From positions 30,688 to 94,687 of the forward strand of contig JANOQT010000090.1 in the NCBI GenBank assembly GCA_031415015.1: 64,000 bases of DNA, given 5' to 3'. Position numbers and translations under genes: made by a program. Below, one piece after another: positions 1 to 9,333 of this stretch. This DNA is from Paracoccaceae bacterium. Its GTDB lineage: Bacteria; Pseudomonadota; Alphaproteobacteria; Rhodobacterales; Rhodobacteraceae. Below the pieces are notes generated by a model. That model worked only from the letters and a program-made list of their open reading frames with translations. It was not told where the DNA came from and did no database searches. The first letter of the stretch is position 1. Each line of letters starts with the position of its first letter.

Positions 1-87
1 GCGCGCCTGACCTCGCGCATCCGTGATGCAATCAGGGCGTGACGCGGGCCCGATCCGGGTTACCCTTAGCCTGACCGGAGGTGCCCC

Positions 88-888
88 ATGCGTCTTGCCG
101 CTGCCCTGATCCTTGCCGCCTTTCCCGTCGCCGCGCAGGAACGTATCCCGTCGCATTGCATCGCCGTGGCGCAGGGGCCAGAGACGGAGGTGCCCGTCGT
201 GCTGGGTGACGCGCTGGAGGAAAACCAGGTTCTGATCCGCTATCTGGATCACGCCAGCTTTGCCATTGTGACCGATGACGGCACAGTCGCGGTGACCGAC
301 TACGTCGGCTTTACCGGCACGGCCGATCTGGTCCCAGATGTGGTGACGATGAACAACGCCCATTCGACGCATTGGACATCGAACCCCGACCCGCGCATCC
401 CCCACGTTCTGACCGGCTGGGGGGACGGCGGCGCCCCGGCGGACCACCGTCTGGATCTGGGCGGCCTGCTGGTGCGCAACGTCACCACCGACACGCGCGG
501 GCCCTTTGGCGAGGGTGCGCGGGCGGACGGCAACTCGATCTTCATCTTCGAGGCGGGCGGGCTGTGCATCGGCCATCTGGGGCATCTGCATCAGATCCCG
601 TCGGACGCCCAATATGCCGCGATCGGGCGTCTGGATGTGGTGATGGTGCCGGTGGATGGCGGCTACACGATGCGGATGCAGGACATGGCGGGCGTGGTCA
701 AGCGGCTGCGCTCGTCGGTGGTGATCCCGATGCACTGGTTCTCGACCACGTCCTTGCAGGATTTCCTGACCGAGATGGCGGACGCGTTCACCGTCGTGAA
801 AACCGGCGGGGCACAGATCACCCTGTCCTTGCGCGACCTTCCGGGCAGCCCGACGATCCTGGTGCTGGAACCGGCCTGGCTGGATTGA
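88..888 (+). CDS. exported MBL-fold (COG2220/UlaG-like) metallo-hydrolase
   Basis: 266-aa ORF with a signal-like N-terminus (MRLAAALILAAFPVAAQ). Segments 'IRYLDHASFAIVTDDGTVAVTDY' and the His-rich 'GHLGHLH' resemble beta-lactamase-fold hydrolases. Confidence 0.6.
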   Translation: MRLAAALILAAFPVAAQERIPSHCIAVAQGPETEVPVVLGDALEENQVLIRYLDHASFAIVTDDGTVAVTDYVGFTGTADLVPDVVTMNNAHSTHWTSNPDPRIPHVLTGWGDGGAPADHRLDLGGLLVRNVTTDTRGPFGEGARADGNSIFIFEAGGLCIGHLGHLHQIPSDAQYAAIGRLDVVMVPVDGGYTMRMQDMAGVVKRLRSSVVIPMHWFSTTSLQDFLTEMADAFTVVKTGGAQITLSLRDLPGSPTILVLEPAWLD

Positions 889-944
889 CAATCGGCTGGC
901 GGCGGCGGCGTTGCGGCACTACCAAAGGGCGCAAGGAGACCGCC

Positions 945-2360
945 ATGCTGAACCCCTGCGATCCCGCCTTTGTGGCCAGCCTTGCCGCGCGCCTGCCCGA
1001 GGGCACGCTGTCAGTGCCCGAGCCGCGCTATCTTGAGGAACCGCGCGGCCGCTGGCACGGGCTGGCGGGCACGGTGGCCCGGCCCCGCACCACCGCCGAG
1101 GTCGCGCAGATCGTCCGCGCCTGTGCAGCGGGCCGGGTCGGGATCGTACCATGGGGGGGCGGCACCGGTCTGGTCGGCGGTCAGCTGATGTCCGATGGCC
1201 CTGCGCCGCTGGTCCTGTCGCTGGAGCGGATGGCGGCGCTGCGCGGTGCTTACCGTCAGGAAAACGCGCTGGTGGTCGAAGCCGGGATGATCCTCGCCGA
1301 CGTGCAGGCGCAGGCGCTGGCGGTGAACCGGCTGTTTCCGCTGACGCTGGCGTCCGAGGGCACCTGCCGGATCGGCGGAAATCTGGCGGCCAACGCCGGT
1401 GGCCTGAACGTGCTGCGCTACGGCAACGCCCGCGACCTGTGTCTGGGGCTGGAGGCGGTGCTGCCCGACGGCACGGTCTGGAACGGGCTGACGCGTCTGC
1501 GCAAGGACAACGCAGGCTACGACCTGCGCCATCTGATGATCGGGTCCGAAGGCACGCTGGGGGTGATCACCGCCGCCAGCCTGCGGCTTTACCCGATTCC
1601 GGCGGCGACGGTGGTGGCCATGGTGGCGGTGGCGTCCCCCGAAGCGGCGTTGTCGCTTCTTGCTCTGGCATCCGACCGGCTGGCGGGCATGGTCTCGGCT
1701 TTTGAGTTGATCCACCGGATGGGGTTCGATTTCCTGGCCGAAACCCTGCCGGATTTGCGCCCGCCCTTTGACCCGGTTCCGGAATGGGTGGTGCTGCTGG
1801 AACTGGGCCTGCCATCCGGGCTGCAGCCGGAGGTGACGATGGCCAGCCTTTATGACGAAGCCTCAGACGCAGGCCTTGTGACCGATGGCGTCATCGCCTC
1901 CTCCAAGGCGCAGGCGGAGGGCCTTTGGCGTCTGCGCGAAGCAATCCCCGAAGCGAACCGCCGGATCGGTGCGGTCTCCAGCCACGACATCTCGCTGCCG
2001 CTGTCGGCAGTGCCGGACTTCATCAGGGCCGCCCCGCAGGCGCTGGCAAAACTGGGGACCTGGCGGATCAACTGCTTTGGCCATCTGGGCGACGGCAATC
2101 TGCATTATAACGTGTTCCCCGCGAAAGGGGGCAGTCGCAAGGATCACGAACTCCAGCGCGACGCGATCAAGACAACCGTGCATGATCTGGTGCATGCCAT
2201 GGGCGGATCAGTGGCTGCCGAACACGGCGTCGGGCGGCTCAAGACCGCAGATCTGGCGCGCTACGCCGATCCGGGAAAACTGCTGGCGATGCGCGCGATC
2301 AAGGCCGCGCTTGACCCGCAAGGCATCATGAACCCCGGCGCGGTTCTGCCCGCACTCTAG
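945..2360 (+). CDS. FAD-binding oxidoreductase, GlcD / D-2-hydroxyacid dehydrogenase family
   Basis: Taken from the internal ATG at 945 of ORF 372..2360, because the upstream part overlaps the MBL gene. FAD-binding PCMH-type N-terminus (VPWGGGTGLVGG) and C-terminal 'AEHGVGRLK...LDPQGIMNPG'. Confidence 0.85.
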   Translation: MLNPCDPAFVASLAARLPEGTLSVPEPRYLEEPRGRWHGLAGTVARPRTTAEVAQIVRACAAGRVGIVPWGGGTGLVGGQLMSDGPAPLVLSLERMAALRGAYRQENALVVEAGMILADVQAQALAVNRLFPLTLASEGTCRIGGNLAANAGGLNVLRYGNARDLCLGLEAVLPDGTVWNGLTRLRKDNAGYDLRHLMIGSEGTLGVITAASLRLYPIPAATVVAMVAVASPEAALSLLALASDRLAGMVSAFELIHRMGFDFLAETLPDLRPPFDPVPEWVVLLELGLPSGLQPEVTMASLYDEASDAGLVTDGVIASSKAQAEGLWRLREAIPEANRRIGAVSSHDISLPLSAVPDFIRAAPQALAKLGTWRINCFGHLGDGNLHYNVFPAKGGSRKDHELQRDAIKTTVHDLVHAMGGSVAAEHGVGRLKTADLARYADPGKLLAMRAIKAALDPQGIMNPGAVLPAL

Positions 2361-2615
2361 GCCATTTGCGCCTTTCAAAAATACTCTCTCCGCGGAGCCA
2401 AGCGGGCTTTGCCCGCGCCAGCGACCTAAAGGACTTGCCGCGGCACGCGGCTCCGCCAGATCACCGCGCTCACAAAGATCGACCCCGTCAGGTGGGTGCC
2501 CGACGGGGTCTTGGGGTGAGTATGGTCTTCACGTGTTGCAAGCAACGTGGCCGGGGTGGGTAGCCCCGACAAGGACAGCATTAGGGCGATTCCCTTTCGA
2601 CAAGGTTAACGCCGC

Positions 2616-3149
2616 TCACTGCCCCGCGAAGTCACACAAGGCATGCACGTCCATCCCCAGTGCTTCAAGTTTCCGCCGCCCTCCCAGATCCGGCAGATCG
2701 ACCACAAAGGCGCAGCCTACTACCTCCGCCCCCAGCCGTTCGATCAGGCGGATGCCCGCCTCGGCGGTGCCGCCGGTGGCCAGCAGATCATCGACCAGCA
2801 GGATCTTTTCCCCCGGCGCCATCGCGTCGTCATGCACCTCGACCACCGCCTCGCCATACTCCAGCGTGTAGGCCTGTGAGATCGTCTGGCCCGGCAGCTT
2901 GCCCTTCTTGCGAATGGGCACGAACCCGGTCGACAACTGATGCGCCACCGCCCCGCCAAGAATGAACCCCCGCGCCTCCAGCCCCACGACCTTGTCGATC
3001 CGCATCCCCGCATAAGGGGCCAGCAACTGATCGACGCACATCCGAAATCCGCGCGGATCGGCGAACAGCGTCGTCACGTCGCGAAACAGGATCCCCTCAT
3101 GCGGGAAATCCACGATGGTGCGGATGTAGTCCTTCACGGTCTTCTTCAT
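2616..3149 (-). CDS. apt: adenine phosphoribosyltransferase
   Basis: '[28 protein letters not shown]' plus PRPP motif '[13 protein letters not shown]'. AAGGAAA Shine-Dalgarno lies before the ATG at 3149. An alternative ATG at 3176 overlaps the upstream stop as ATGA. Confidence 0.9.
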   Translation of the reverse strand: MKKTVKDYIRTIVDFPHEGILFRDVTTLFADPRGFRMCVDQLLAPYAGMRIDKVVGLEARGFILGGAVAHQLSTGFVPIRKKGKLPGQTISQAYTLEYGEAVVEVHDDAMAPGEKILLVDDLLATGGTAEAGIRLIERLGAEVVGCAFVVDLPDLGGRRKLEALGMDVHALCDFAGQ

Positions 3150-3172
3150 GGATTTTCCTTGCCTTCTGGAAG

Positions 3173-3859
3173 TCATGGATAGTGTCGGCGCAGGGCCATG
3201 ATGTCTTGTTCGCCCAACCGGACAAGCCCGTTGCTCGTCTCGGAAAAGATCGACCTCGTTTCATAGTAGCGTCCGCCGATGTCGGTGTTGAACCCCATGC
3301 ACTGGGTGATTTCCTCCAGCATCCCGGAGACGACCTGACCCAGATTTGCGTTATTGGACGAGGTGATGTGGCAGGCGACCAGCATGCGGTTGTCGTTCCA
3401 GACCAGCGTATTGGTTGCAGCACCGATCGTCACACCTTCCAGTTCACGCACGCCCGTCCCCCGTATTGTTGCGCCCTCTGGAATATCCAGCAAGCGAACG
3501 AATATGTCTGGCCGCTCTGACGGTTTCGCGCGCCGGATGCGCAAGTTGGCGCCCGAGGCGTTCAACTCCTCCATTCCGCGATCCAGGCCCTGCTCGATCT
3601 TCGCCCGCAACCGGGGCGGAAAACCCTCGGCGACGAACACGAGTGCGAAGGTAAGGTCCCGGGCGTTCCGGTCAGACCAGCGGGCGACGGTCTTCTGACA
3701 GTCTTTCCCCGGAGGGGCGGCGCAGGTGGCAAGCCGGTAGAAATCGTCATTGGACAGGCGGCCTTTGGCAGTGACGAATTCCTGCGCCACCGCAAGGCTA
3801 CCGGTCGCAGCGATGGCGAGCGCAAGCGCCAGCCGGGAGGTATCTAACAGTCTCGGCAT
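3173..3859 (-). CDS. exported DUF2927-like protein (paralogue 1)
   Basis: 228 aa with a signal peptide ([17 protein letters not shown]). Shares the motifs F.RL.TC.APPG.DC and LEE.TQ..G...DI with the neighbouring ORF. Confidence 0.7.
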   Translation of the reverse strand: MPRLLDTSRLALALAIAATGSLAVAQEFVTAKGRLSNDDFYRLATCAAPPGKDCQKTVARWSDRNARDLTFALVFVAEGFPPRLRAKIEQGLDRGMEELNASGANLRIRRAKPSERPDIFVRLLDIPEGATIRGTGVRELEGVTIGAATNTLVWNDNRMLVACHITSSNNANLGQVVSGMLEEITQCMGFNTDIGGRYYETRSIFSETSNGLVRLGEQDIMALRRHYP

Positions 3860-3862
3860 TGC

Positions 3863-4549
3863 TCAGTCCTTGGGTGGATACATCCAGCGCAGCAGGGCCG
3901 CGTCCTGACCGGTGATGGTCGTGGTCTCGTTCGAGGACTGCGACAGGATCGAGACGCCTTCGTACCACGGGTTCTCGATATCGTAGAGGATGCCCAGCGC
4001 CTGCGTCACCTCTTCCAGCACAACCGAGGTCATGTCCGCATCATCAATCGTGGTGGAAATCAGGATCACCGCTTCGGTGATGCGGTGGTCGTCGTCAGAC
4101 CACACGGTCATGTAGCCGACACCCATCACGCCCAGCCCGGAAAAGCCGGGCGCCTCAGCCAGAAGCGCGCCTTCGCCAAGCGGGGTCGCGCGCACCGTGA
4201 TGTCGGCTGTACCGGCGTTTGTCAGCGTGACCTGAAGGCCCATGCCGGCGCCGTTAATCTCGCCCAGCGCATGCGCGACGGCGCTGTTGAGCCGCGCCTC
4301 AAACCCTTTTGGCAGCGGATCGTCACCGGGCTTCACCGCCAGTGTCAGGTGCGGTTTGCGCCAGCGCAGGTCCGGGGCGCGACAATCCCCACCGGGCGGC
4401 GCACCGCAGGTGACCAAGCGGAAGAACACCTCGTCTTGCAGAAATCCTTCCGAGGCGACGCCGTCGGACATTGGCATCTCGGCGCGCGTTGCGCTTGCAA
4501 ACAGCGCCGTCGCCATCAAACACAGGCAGGCCCTGAACGGCGGGATCAC
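3863..4549 (-). CDS. exported DUF2927-like protein (paralogue 2)
   Basis: 228 aa with a signal peptide (CLCLMATALFASATRAE). GTG start overlaps the mtnP stop (GTGA). Same conserved motifs as 3173..3859. Confidence 0.7.
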   Translation of the reverse strand: MIPPFRACLCLMATALFASATRAEMPMSDGVASEGFLQDEVFFRLVTCGAPPGGDCRAPDLRWRKPHLTLAVKPGDDPLPKGFEARLNSAVAHALGEINGAGMGLQVTLTNAGTADITVRATPLGEGALLAEAPGFSGLGVMGVGYMTVWSDDDHRITEAVILISTTIDDADMTSVVLEEVTQALGILYDIENPWYEGVSILSQSSNETTTITGQDAALLRWMYPPKD

Positions 4550-5412
4550 AGCACCCGCCCCGCCACGGCGTCCAGCCGGGCCACCAGTGCGGCATCGCGC
4601 TTGTCCGGCGTTGTCATCACGGCATGGTCAAGCGCCCGGTCACAGCCATGCGGGCAAGGCACCCGCATTTCCGAAAGCTGTCCAGGCAGCCGTGTCACCA
4701 GATTCCGACCGGCATCGGCGTTCGCCCGCACCACCTGCATGACGCTGGCCACAGCCACCGAGCCGTGGCCGTCGTGCCAGCTGTCATAATCCGTGATCAT
4801 TGCCACGCTCGCATAGCACAGCTCTGCCTCACGGGCGAGGCGGGCCTCGGACATCCCGGTCATCCCGATCACATCCGCCCCCCAGCTCCGGTACAGCCGA
4901 CTTTCGGCGCGGGTGGAAAATTGCGGCCCTTCGATGGTGACGGACACCGCGCCGGGGTGAACGCGCAGCCCTGCATCGCGCGCGGCCTTTGCACAGGCCG
5001 CACCCAGCCGGGGGCAGGTCGGATCGGCCATGCTGACATGCGCCACGCAGCCCGACCCGAAGAACGACGCGGGGCGCTGCGTGCTGCGGTCGATGAGCTG
5101 ATCCACGATGACGAAATCGCCCGGCGCGAAATCCTCGCGCAACGACCCCACCGCCGAGATTGCCACCACATCCGTACAGCCCAGCCGTTTCAGCGCGTCG
5201 ATATTGGCGCGGTACGGCACGGTGGCGGGGTCATGCACATGCCCCCGCCCGTGACGCGGCAGAAAGGCCACCGGCATCCCCTCCAGCCGCCCGACCAGCA
5301 CATCGTCCGACGGCCTGCCAAAGGGCGATTTCACCTTGACCCAGCTTGCCCCCTCAAGCCCGTCGATCTGATAGACGCCAGAGCCGCCGATGACGCCGAT
5401 CATGGTCTGCAT
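4546..5412 (-). CDS. mtnP: S-methyl-5'-thioadenosine phosphorylase
   Basis: 'IGVIGGSGVY...FGRPSD...VAFLPRHGRGH' is the typical MTAP/PNP-family signature. 288 aa. Confidence 0.9.
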   Translation of the reverse strand: MQTMIGVIGGSGVYQIDGLEGASWVKVKSPFGRPSDDVLVGRLEGMPVAFLPRHGRGHVHDPATVPYRANIDALKRLGCTDVVAISAVGSLREDFAPGDFVIVDQLIDRSTQRPASFFGSGCVAHVSMADPTCPRLGAACAKAARDAGLRVHPGAVSVTIEGPQFSTRAESRLYRSWGADVIGMTGMSEARLAREAELCYASVAMITDYDSWHDGHGSVAVASVMQVVRANADAGRNLVTRLPGQLSEMRVPCPHGCDRALDHAVMTTPDKRDAALVARLDAVAGRVL

Positions 5413-5484
5413 GCAGGATTCCCCAACCCGTTCGTCTGGTAGTCTAGGGGGTGACCCGCAAGCCGGGAAGGGCGGAATTTCACC

Positions 5485-7215
5485 TTAACCAGAGGGCGTC
5501 GCGCGCTGGATGATGCCCGTCGCAGCCGCAGCCCCCAGCGCAGTGACCACCCATCCTGCCGCCATCAGCAGCCACCGCGCCCACCATAGCCGGTAACCCC
5601 AGGGGCCGCGATCCTTGGACGGTGACCAGGATCTTGTCTGCCCCAGTTCCAGAACCGGGACTACCACATCCGCGCCATAAGCCAGCGGATGAAAGCTTTC
5701 CCAGTCCAACCCCGCGCCCGTCGGCCCGTTCCACTGCGCGGCCGGGTTGGCCACGCAACCCGGCACCGGATCGGGGATGCAGTCCACCGCCAGCAGCGCC
5801 TGCCAGCCCTCGGATGCGGCGATCAGATCGTTGTTCGGGGCCATGCTGCCCTCTTCCCACGCCATGAACGCAAGGAAGGCCGACAGCAGCGACAGGCCTG
5901 CAAGCCACAGGATCGACCGGAATGGCTGAAACCCGTAGCCGACGACCAGTTGCGCCGCCCGGTCCCAAAGCCAGTCGAAACCGGTCAGGGGCAGGGCCAA
6001 AAGGCCGCCCCGTGCCCGCCTCGCAGCGCGGCGGGCACGGCCCTTGCGGCGGGCCTGCTCTTCCATGATGCGGCGCGCTTCGGCCTCGTGGCCCATCCGG
6101 GCCAGCACGGCTGCGGCCTGCGTGTAGGGTTGTGGCAAAAACCGCCCGTCCTGCGTGGTGCAGCGGGCAAGCCAGGCCAGCCGGGTTTCGGCATCCACCG
6201 GGGCATCGCGGGTGATCCGGTCATAGGTGAAGCCGTCCAGATAGACCCGCCCGTCGTCGGGCCAGCTGGCCAGATCATCCACCAGATCGCCGACATGCGC
6301 CGAGGGAAGGTAGATATCGCCCGCCGGGACGGCGACGGTTTGCCAGAAGAACTCTGCCCCGACCTGCATCCGTTGTGCGGCAAAGGCATGCCCGCCCGGG
6401 TTGCTGAATTCTGCCGTCGCACAATCCAGCTGGCCGCCGATCTGTGCGCCCGACAGCCGCACTTCGCCCTCCGCCCGGAACGGAAAGGCGGCCCGGTCGC
6501 GCAGGAAGACGTCGCCCGCGATCCGCGCGCCCTGCACATTCAGCGCGATCTTGCCGGGATTGCGCAGCACGGCGCCATCGCAGGCCAGCTGCCCGCCGAT
6601 TTCTGCGCCGGACAGGCTGATCTCTCCCGCCGCCGTAAAGGCAGCGGTATCGCTGGCGCGCAGGTAGACCGACGCGCCGATCCGCGCCCCCTGCGCCGTC
6701 AGGCTGGTGATGTCGGCCCCGTGCAACGCCAACTGGCCGCCGATCTCGGCGGTGGCAAAGCTGATGCGACCGGTGGCCGTCAGCCCCAGCAGAAACGCTG
6801 ACCCCTCGATCCGTGCGCCTTCGGCTAGAAGCCCCGGCACATGGCTGCCCGACAGCACAAGCTGGACCAGCCGGGCCCGCCGGGCCGTGATCGGATCGGT
6901 GAAATGGCAGGCGCGCAGGTCGGTCTCGCCCCGCGCCTCGGCAAAGTTCAGGCTCAGCGGGCCGGTGATCACCGCCCCGATCAGCCGGACCCCAACCGCG
7001 CTGACGGGCGCGTGGTCGCAGCCGCCGGTCACCAGATGCGCCAGAAGTGCTGCACGGATGCGGGGGGCGGCGGGATCGCCCGGGTCGGGGCGGCCCGGCG
7101 ACAGCTGGCACAGCGCGCCCGTGGCCGCCGCCCGCAGCAATGCATGCTCGGCTTCGGTGGGGGCATCCGTGCCAGTGGCGGCAAGGAAATCGGGGATGGA
7201 AAGGCGCTGGGTCAT
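5485..7215 (-). CDS. repeat-containing (about 52-aa units, beta-helix-like) protein with C-terminal membrane domain; unknown function
   Basis: ORF 5485..7299, with the start preferred at the ATG at 7215 (MTQRLS). Three units carry 'QGARI...(V/F)(Y/F)LR...GE(I/V).LSGA(E/Q)IGGQL.C'. A basic stretch (RRKGRARRAARRARG) is followed by hydrophobic segments. Confidence 0.7.
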   Translation of the reverse strand: MTQRLSIPDFLAATGTDAPTEAEHALLRAAATGALCQLSPGRPDPGDPAAPRIRAALLAHLVTGGCDHAPVSAVGVRLIGAVITGPLSLNFAEARGETDLRACHFTDPITARRARLVQLVLSGSHVPGLLAEGARIEGSAFLLGLTATGRISFATAEIGGQLALHGADITSLTAQGARIGASVYLRASDTAAFTAAGEISLSGAEIGGQLACDGAVLRNPGKIALNVQGARIAGDVFLRDRAAFPFRAEGEVRLSGAQIGGQLDCATAEFSNPGGHAFAAQRMQVGAEFFWQTVAVPAGDIYLPSAHVGDLVDDLASWPDDGRVYLDGFTYDRITRDAPVDAETRLAWLARCTTQDGRFLPQPYTQAAAVLARMGHEAEARRIMEEQARRKGRARRAARRARGGLLALPLTGFDWLWDRAAQLVVGYGFQPFRSILWLAGLSLLSAFLAFMAWEEGSMAPNNDLIAASEGWQALLAVDCIPDPVPGCVANPAAQWNGPTGAGLDWESFHPLAYGADVVVPVLELGQTRSWSPSKDRGPWGYRLWWARWLLMAAGWVVTALGAAAATGIIQRATPSG

Positions 7216-7450
7216 CCAATTGGGGCGAAATTTGCGCAAGCGGCGGAATACAATCGAATTTTCCTTGTGGTTTGAGGAAAAGCTTAGCCGTCGATGCACC
7301 GTCTGTCGATGCCTCGTCTGAAGGTGTCTTGCCTTGCGCCTGTCAGATCAGCCCGGATGGCCAGACACCGCCACGCTGAAACCACTGCCCTCCACAGAGG
7401 AAGAAGGGGTTTCGTCGCCGATCCGTCGCAAGACTGCGGTGGCCCCGCGC

Positions 7451-8021
7451 CTACTTCAGATTGGTGTGACGGGCGCGCATCGCGCCGGGTGCAACGCCAA
7501 GGTGGTCGCGCAGGGCGAGGATAAGACGCTCGAACGCCAGATACTGCGCGCCCTCGAACAGAGACCCCATCGGCAGAACCGAGGGCGCACCGGTCTGGTC
7601 ATTGGCCATGGTCTGGGCGGGGATGTGCAAGACGCGGTTAGCGCGCTGTGCCGCTGACCCACCGGGCTGAGCGGTGATGCACGCCACCCGCGCGCCGGCG
7701 GTCCTGGCCACGCCGATCAACCCGTCGACAGTGGAAAACCCGCCCAGACCGGCGCTGACCATCAGCAAATCACCGGGGCCAATCACCAGCGCCAGCCGGC
7801 GGGCAGGACATGTCGCCCACCATGTGCGCGGCAAGCCCAAGGTGGTAAAGCCGCATCGCCAGCGCCCGCATCATCAGCCCTTGGCGGCCCACGCCGTAAC
7901 AGACGATATGGCGGGCGGCGGCGATCTCACCGACCATCCCCGCCATCGCGTCGGGGTCGATCCCCGCCACGGCGGCGCGGATTTCGTCAGCCGCACGGGC
8001 GGCAAGCTCTGCCAGTGTCAT
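7451..8021 (-). pseudogene. SIS-domain 6-phospho-3-hexuloisomerase (HxlB)-like gene, frameshifted
   Basis: ORFs 7770..8021 and 7451..7840 together reconstruct one SIS protein ('VCYGVGRQGLMMRALAMRLYHLG...VGDMSCPPAGAGD' then 'LLMVSAGLGGFS...PMGSLFEGAQ'). The frame is broken by a 13-nt insertion with a 7-nt direct repeat at 7768..7787. Confidence 0.7.
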
Positions 8022-8686
8022 GGGGTCACCTTCCGCCCGGGGCCAGCCCCGGCAGACTGAGCCAGAAGTCCGGCTGCGTCCAGCAGCTCAATCAAGAGAT
8101 TTCGGCAATGCACTTCTGCCGTGCAGAAACCGCGCCTTCAGGACCGCGCATTCCGACAGTCGCGGAACGCGCCGAGCTGCGCCATCTCCGACGACGCACC
8201 TGCGATTGCCTGTGACTGGGCCAATGCGGGTGCCGTTCGCGGTGGTCCGGGCCGCTAAGGCAGGCGCGCGGGCGACTGGCGCTTCGATGTCATACCGTTG
8301 GTAACCGGCCAGCAGCCCGTCGGTCATTTGCCCCGTCTTCACAAAGTCGCCCACAGCGCAGGCCGGGTGGCAGATGCGCTGCCTGGCGACGTCCCAATCT
8401 CTAGGGTAGGGTGGTTCAGGCCGTCGGTCCTGATTTCCGTCGACCTGCGCAGCCCCTGCTTTCCTGCCTGCGCTGAAGTGCTGATCACCCCGACACCAGG
8501 TCTGCCTGGCAACAACAGCCGCTCGACCGGCCGCGCAGCGTGCCGTGTCATCGCGGTCTGACTTTTCCGCGCAGGCCGAACCGGATTTTCAGGTGCCAGG
8601 ATCACAGGTCCCCCCGGGTCTTGCAGCAGGGGCTTGCGCGCCGCGTGACGCTGGCGCAGTTTTGACCGGAACAGCGGGGGCACAAG

Positions 8687-9325
8687 GTGACGACAGCGAC
8701 AACCGACATCGCGCAGCTGGCCGGCCTCTTGCAGACGCACGCAGCGTCGGGCCGGGTGATCGTTGCCATGGTGGGTGCGCCCGGATCGGGCAAATCGACA
8801 CTGGCCGACAAACTGGCGGGCAAGTTGAACGCACGCGCCGAAGGCTTGGCAATGGTGTTGCCGATGGATGGGTTTCACTACGACGACACCTATCTTGCGC
8901 CCGCCGGGCTGCAACCCCGCAAGGGCGCACCGCAGACCTTTGACGTGGGCGGCCTGTTCCACACCCTGAAACGGCTGCGGGCGCGGGACGAAGACTGCGT
9001 GGCGGTGCCAGTCTTTGACCGCAAGATCGAGATTGCCCGCGCCGGTGCCCGGCTGATCCCCGCCTCAGTGCCGGTGATCATCGTCGAGGGCAACTATCTG
9101 CTGCTGAATCAGGTACCGTGGTCGCGCCTTGCCCCGATGTTCGACGTGACCGTGATGATCGAGGTACCCGAACACGCGCTGCGCTCGCGGCTGAAGGGCC
9201 GTTGGGAACGCCTTGGCCTGACCCCGCCCGAGATCGCGGCCAAGCTTGACGACAACGATTTGCCAAACGGGCGGCTGGTGCGGACGGGCTCCGCCCCCGC
9301 GATGTTCTGCCTGAGCAACGGATAG
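8687..9325 (+). CDS. P-loop nucleoside/sugar kinase-family protein (FrcK/uridine-kinase-like)
   Basis: GTG start. Walker A 'MVGAPGSGKSTLADKL'. 212 aa. Confidence 0.7.
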   Translation: MTTATTDIAQLAGLLQTHAASGRVIVAMVGAPGSGKSTLADKLAGKLNARAEGLAMVLPMDGFHYDDTYLAPAGLQPRKGAPQTFDVGGLFHTLKRLRARDEDCVAVPVFDRKIEIARAGARLIPASVPVIIVEGNYLLLNQVPWSRLAPMFDVTVMIEVPEHALRSRLKGRWERLGLTPPEIAAKLDDNDLPNGRLVRTGSAPAMFCLSNG

Positions 9326-9333
9326 AGCGCACC

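Noticed and set aside
372-944. N-terminal 191-aa extension of the FAD-oxidase ORF
   Set aside because: It overlaps the MBL-fold gene in another frame and is Arg/Gly/Pro-rich. The FAD-oxidase similarity begins at the ATG at 945.
2361-2615. Hairpin-rich 255-bp convergent intergenic region (e.g. GACCCCGTC...GACGGGGTC) as a possible sRNA or repeat element
   Set aside because: The hairpins are compatible with ordinary bidirectional terminators. I found no second copy in the window and no recognisable RNA family. Left unreported as a feature.
8390-8520. Possible SRP (4.5S) RNA, riboswitch or other structured RNA in the long gap
   Set aside because: There are only vague resemblances (GGAAAGCAGG on the minus strand). 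There is no GGAA-tetraloop helix, no symmetric-loop motif and no B12 box. Not supportable without a covariance-model scan.
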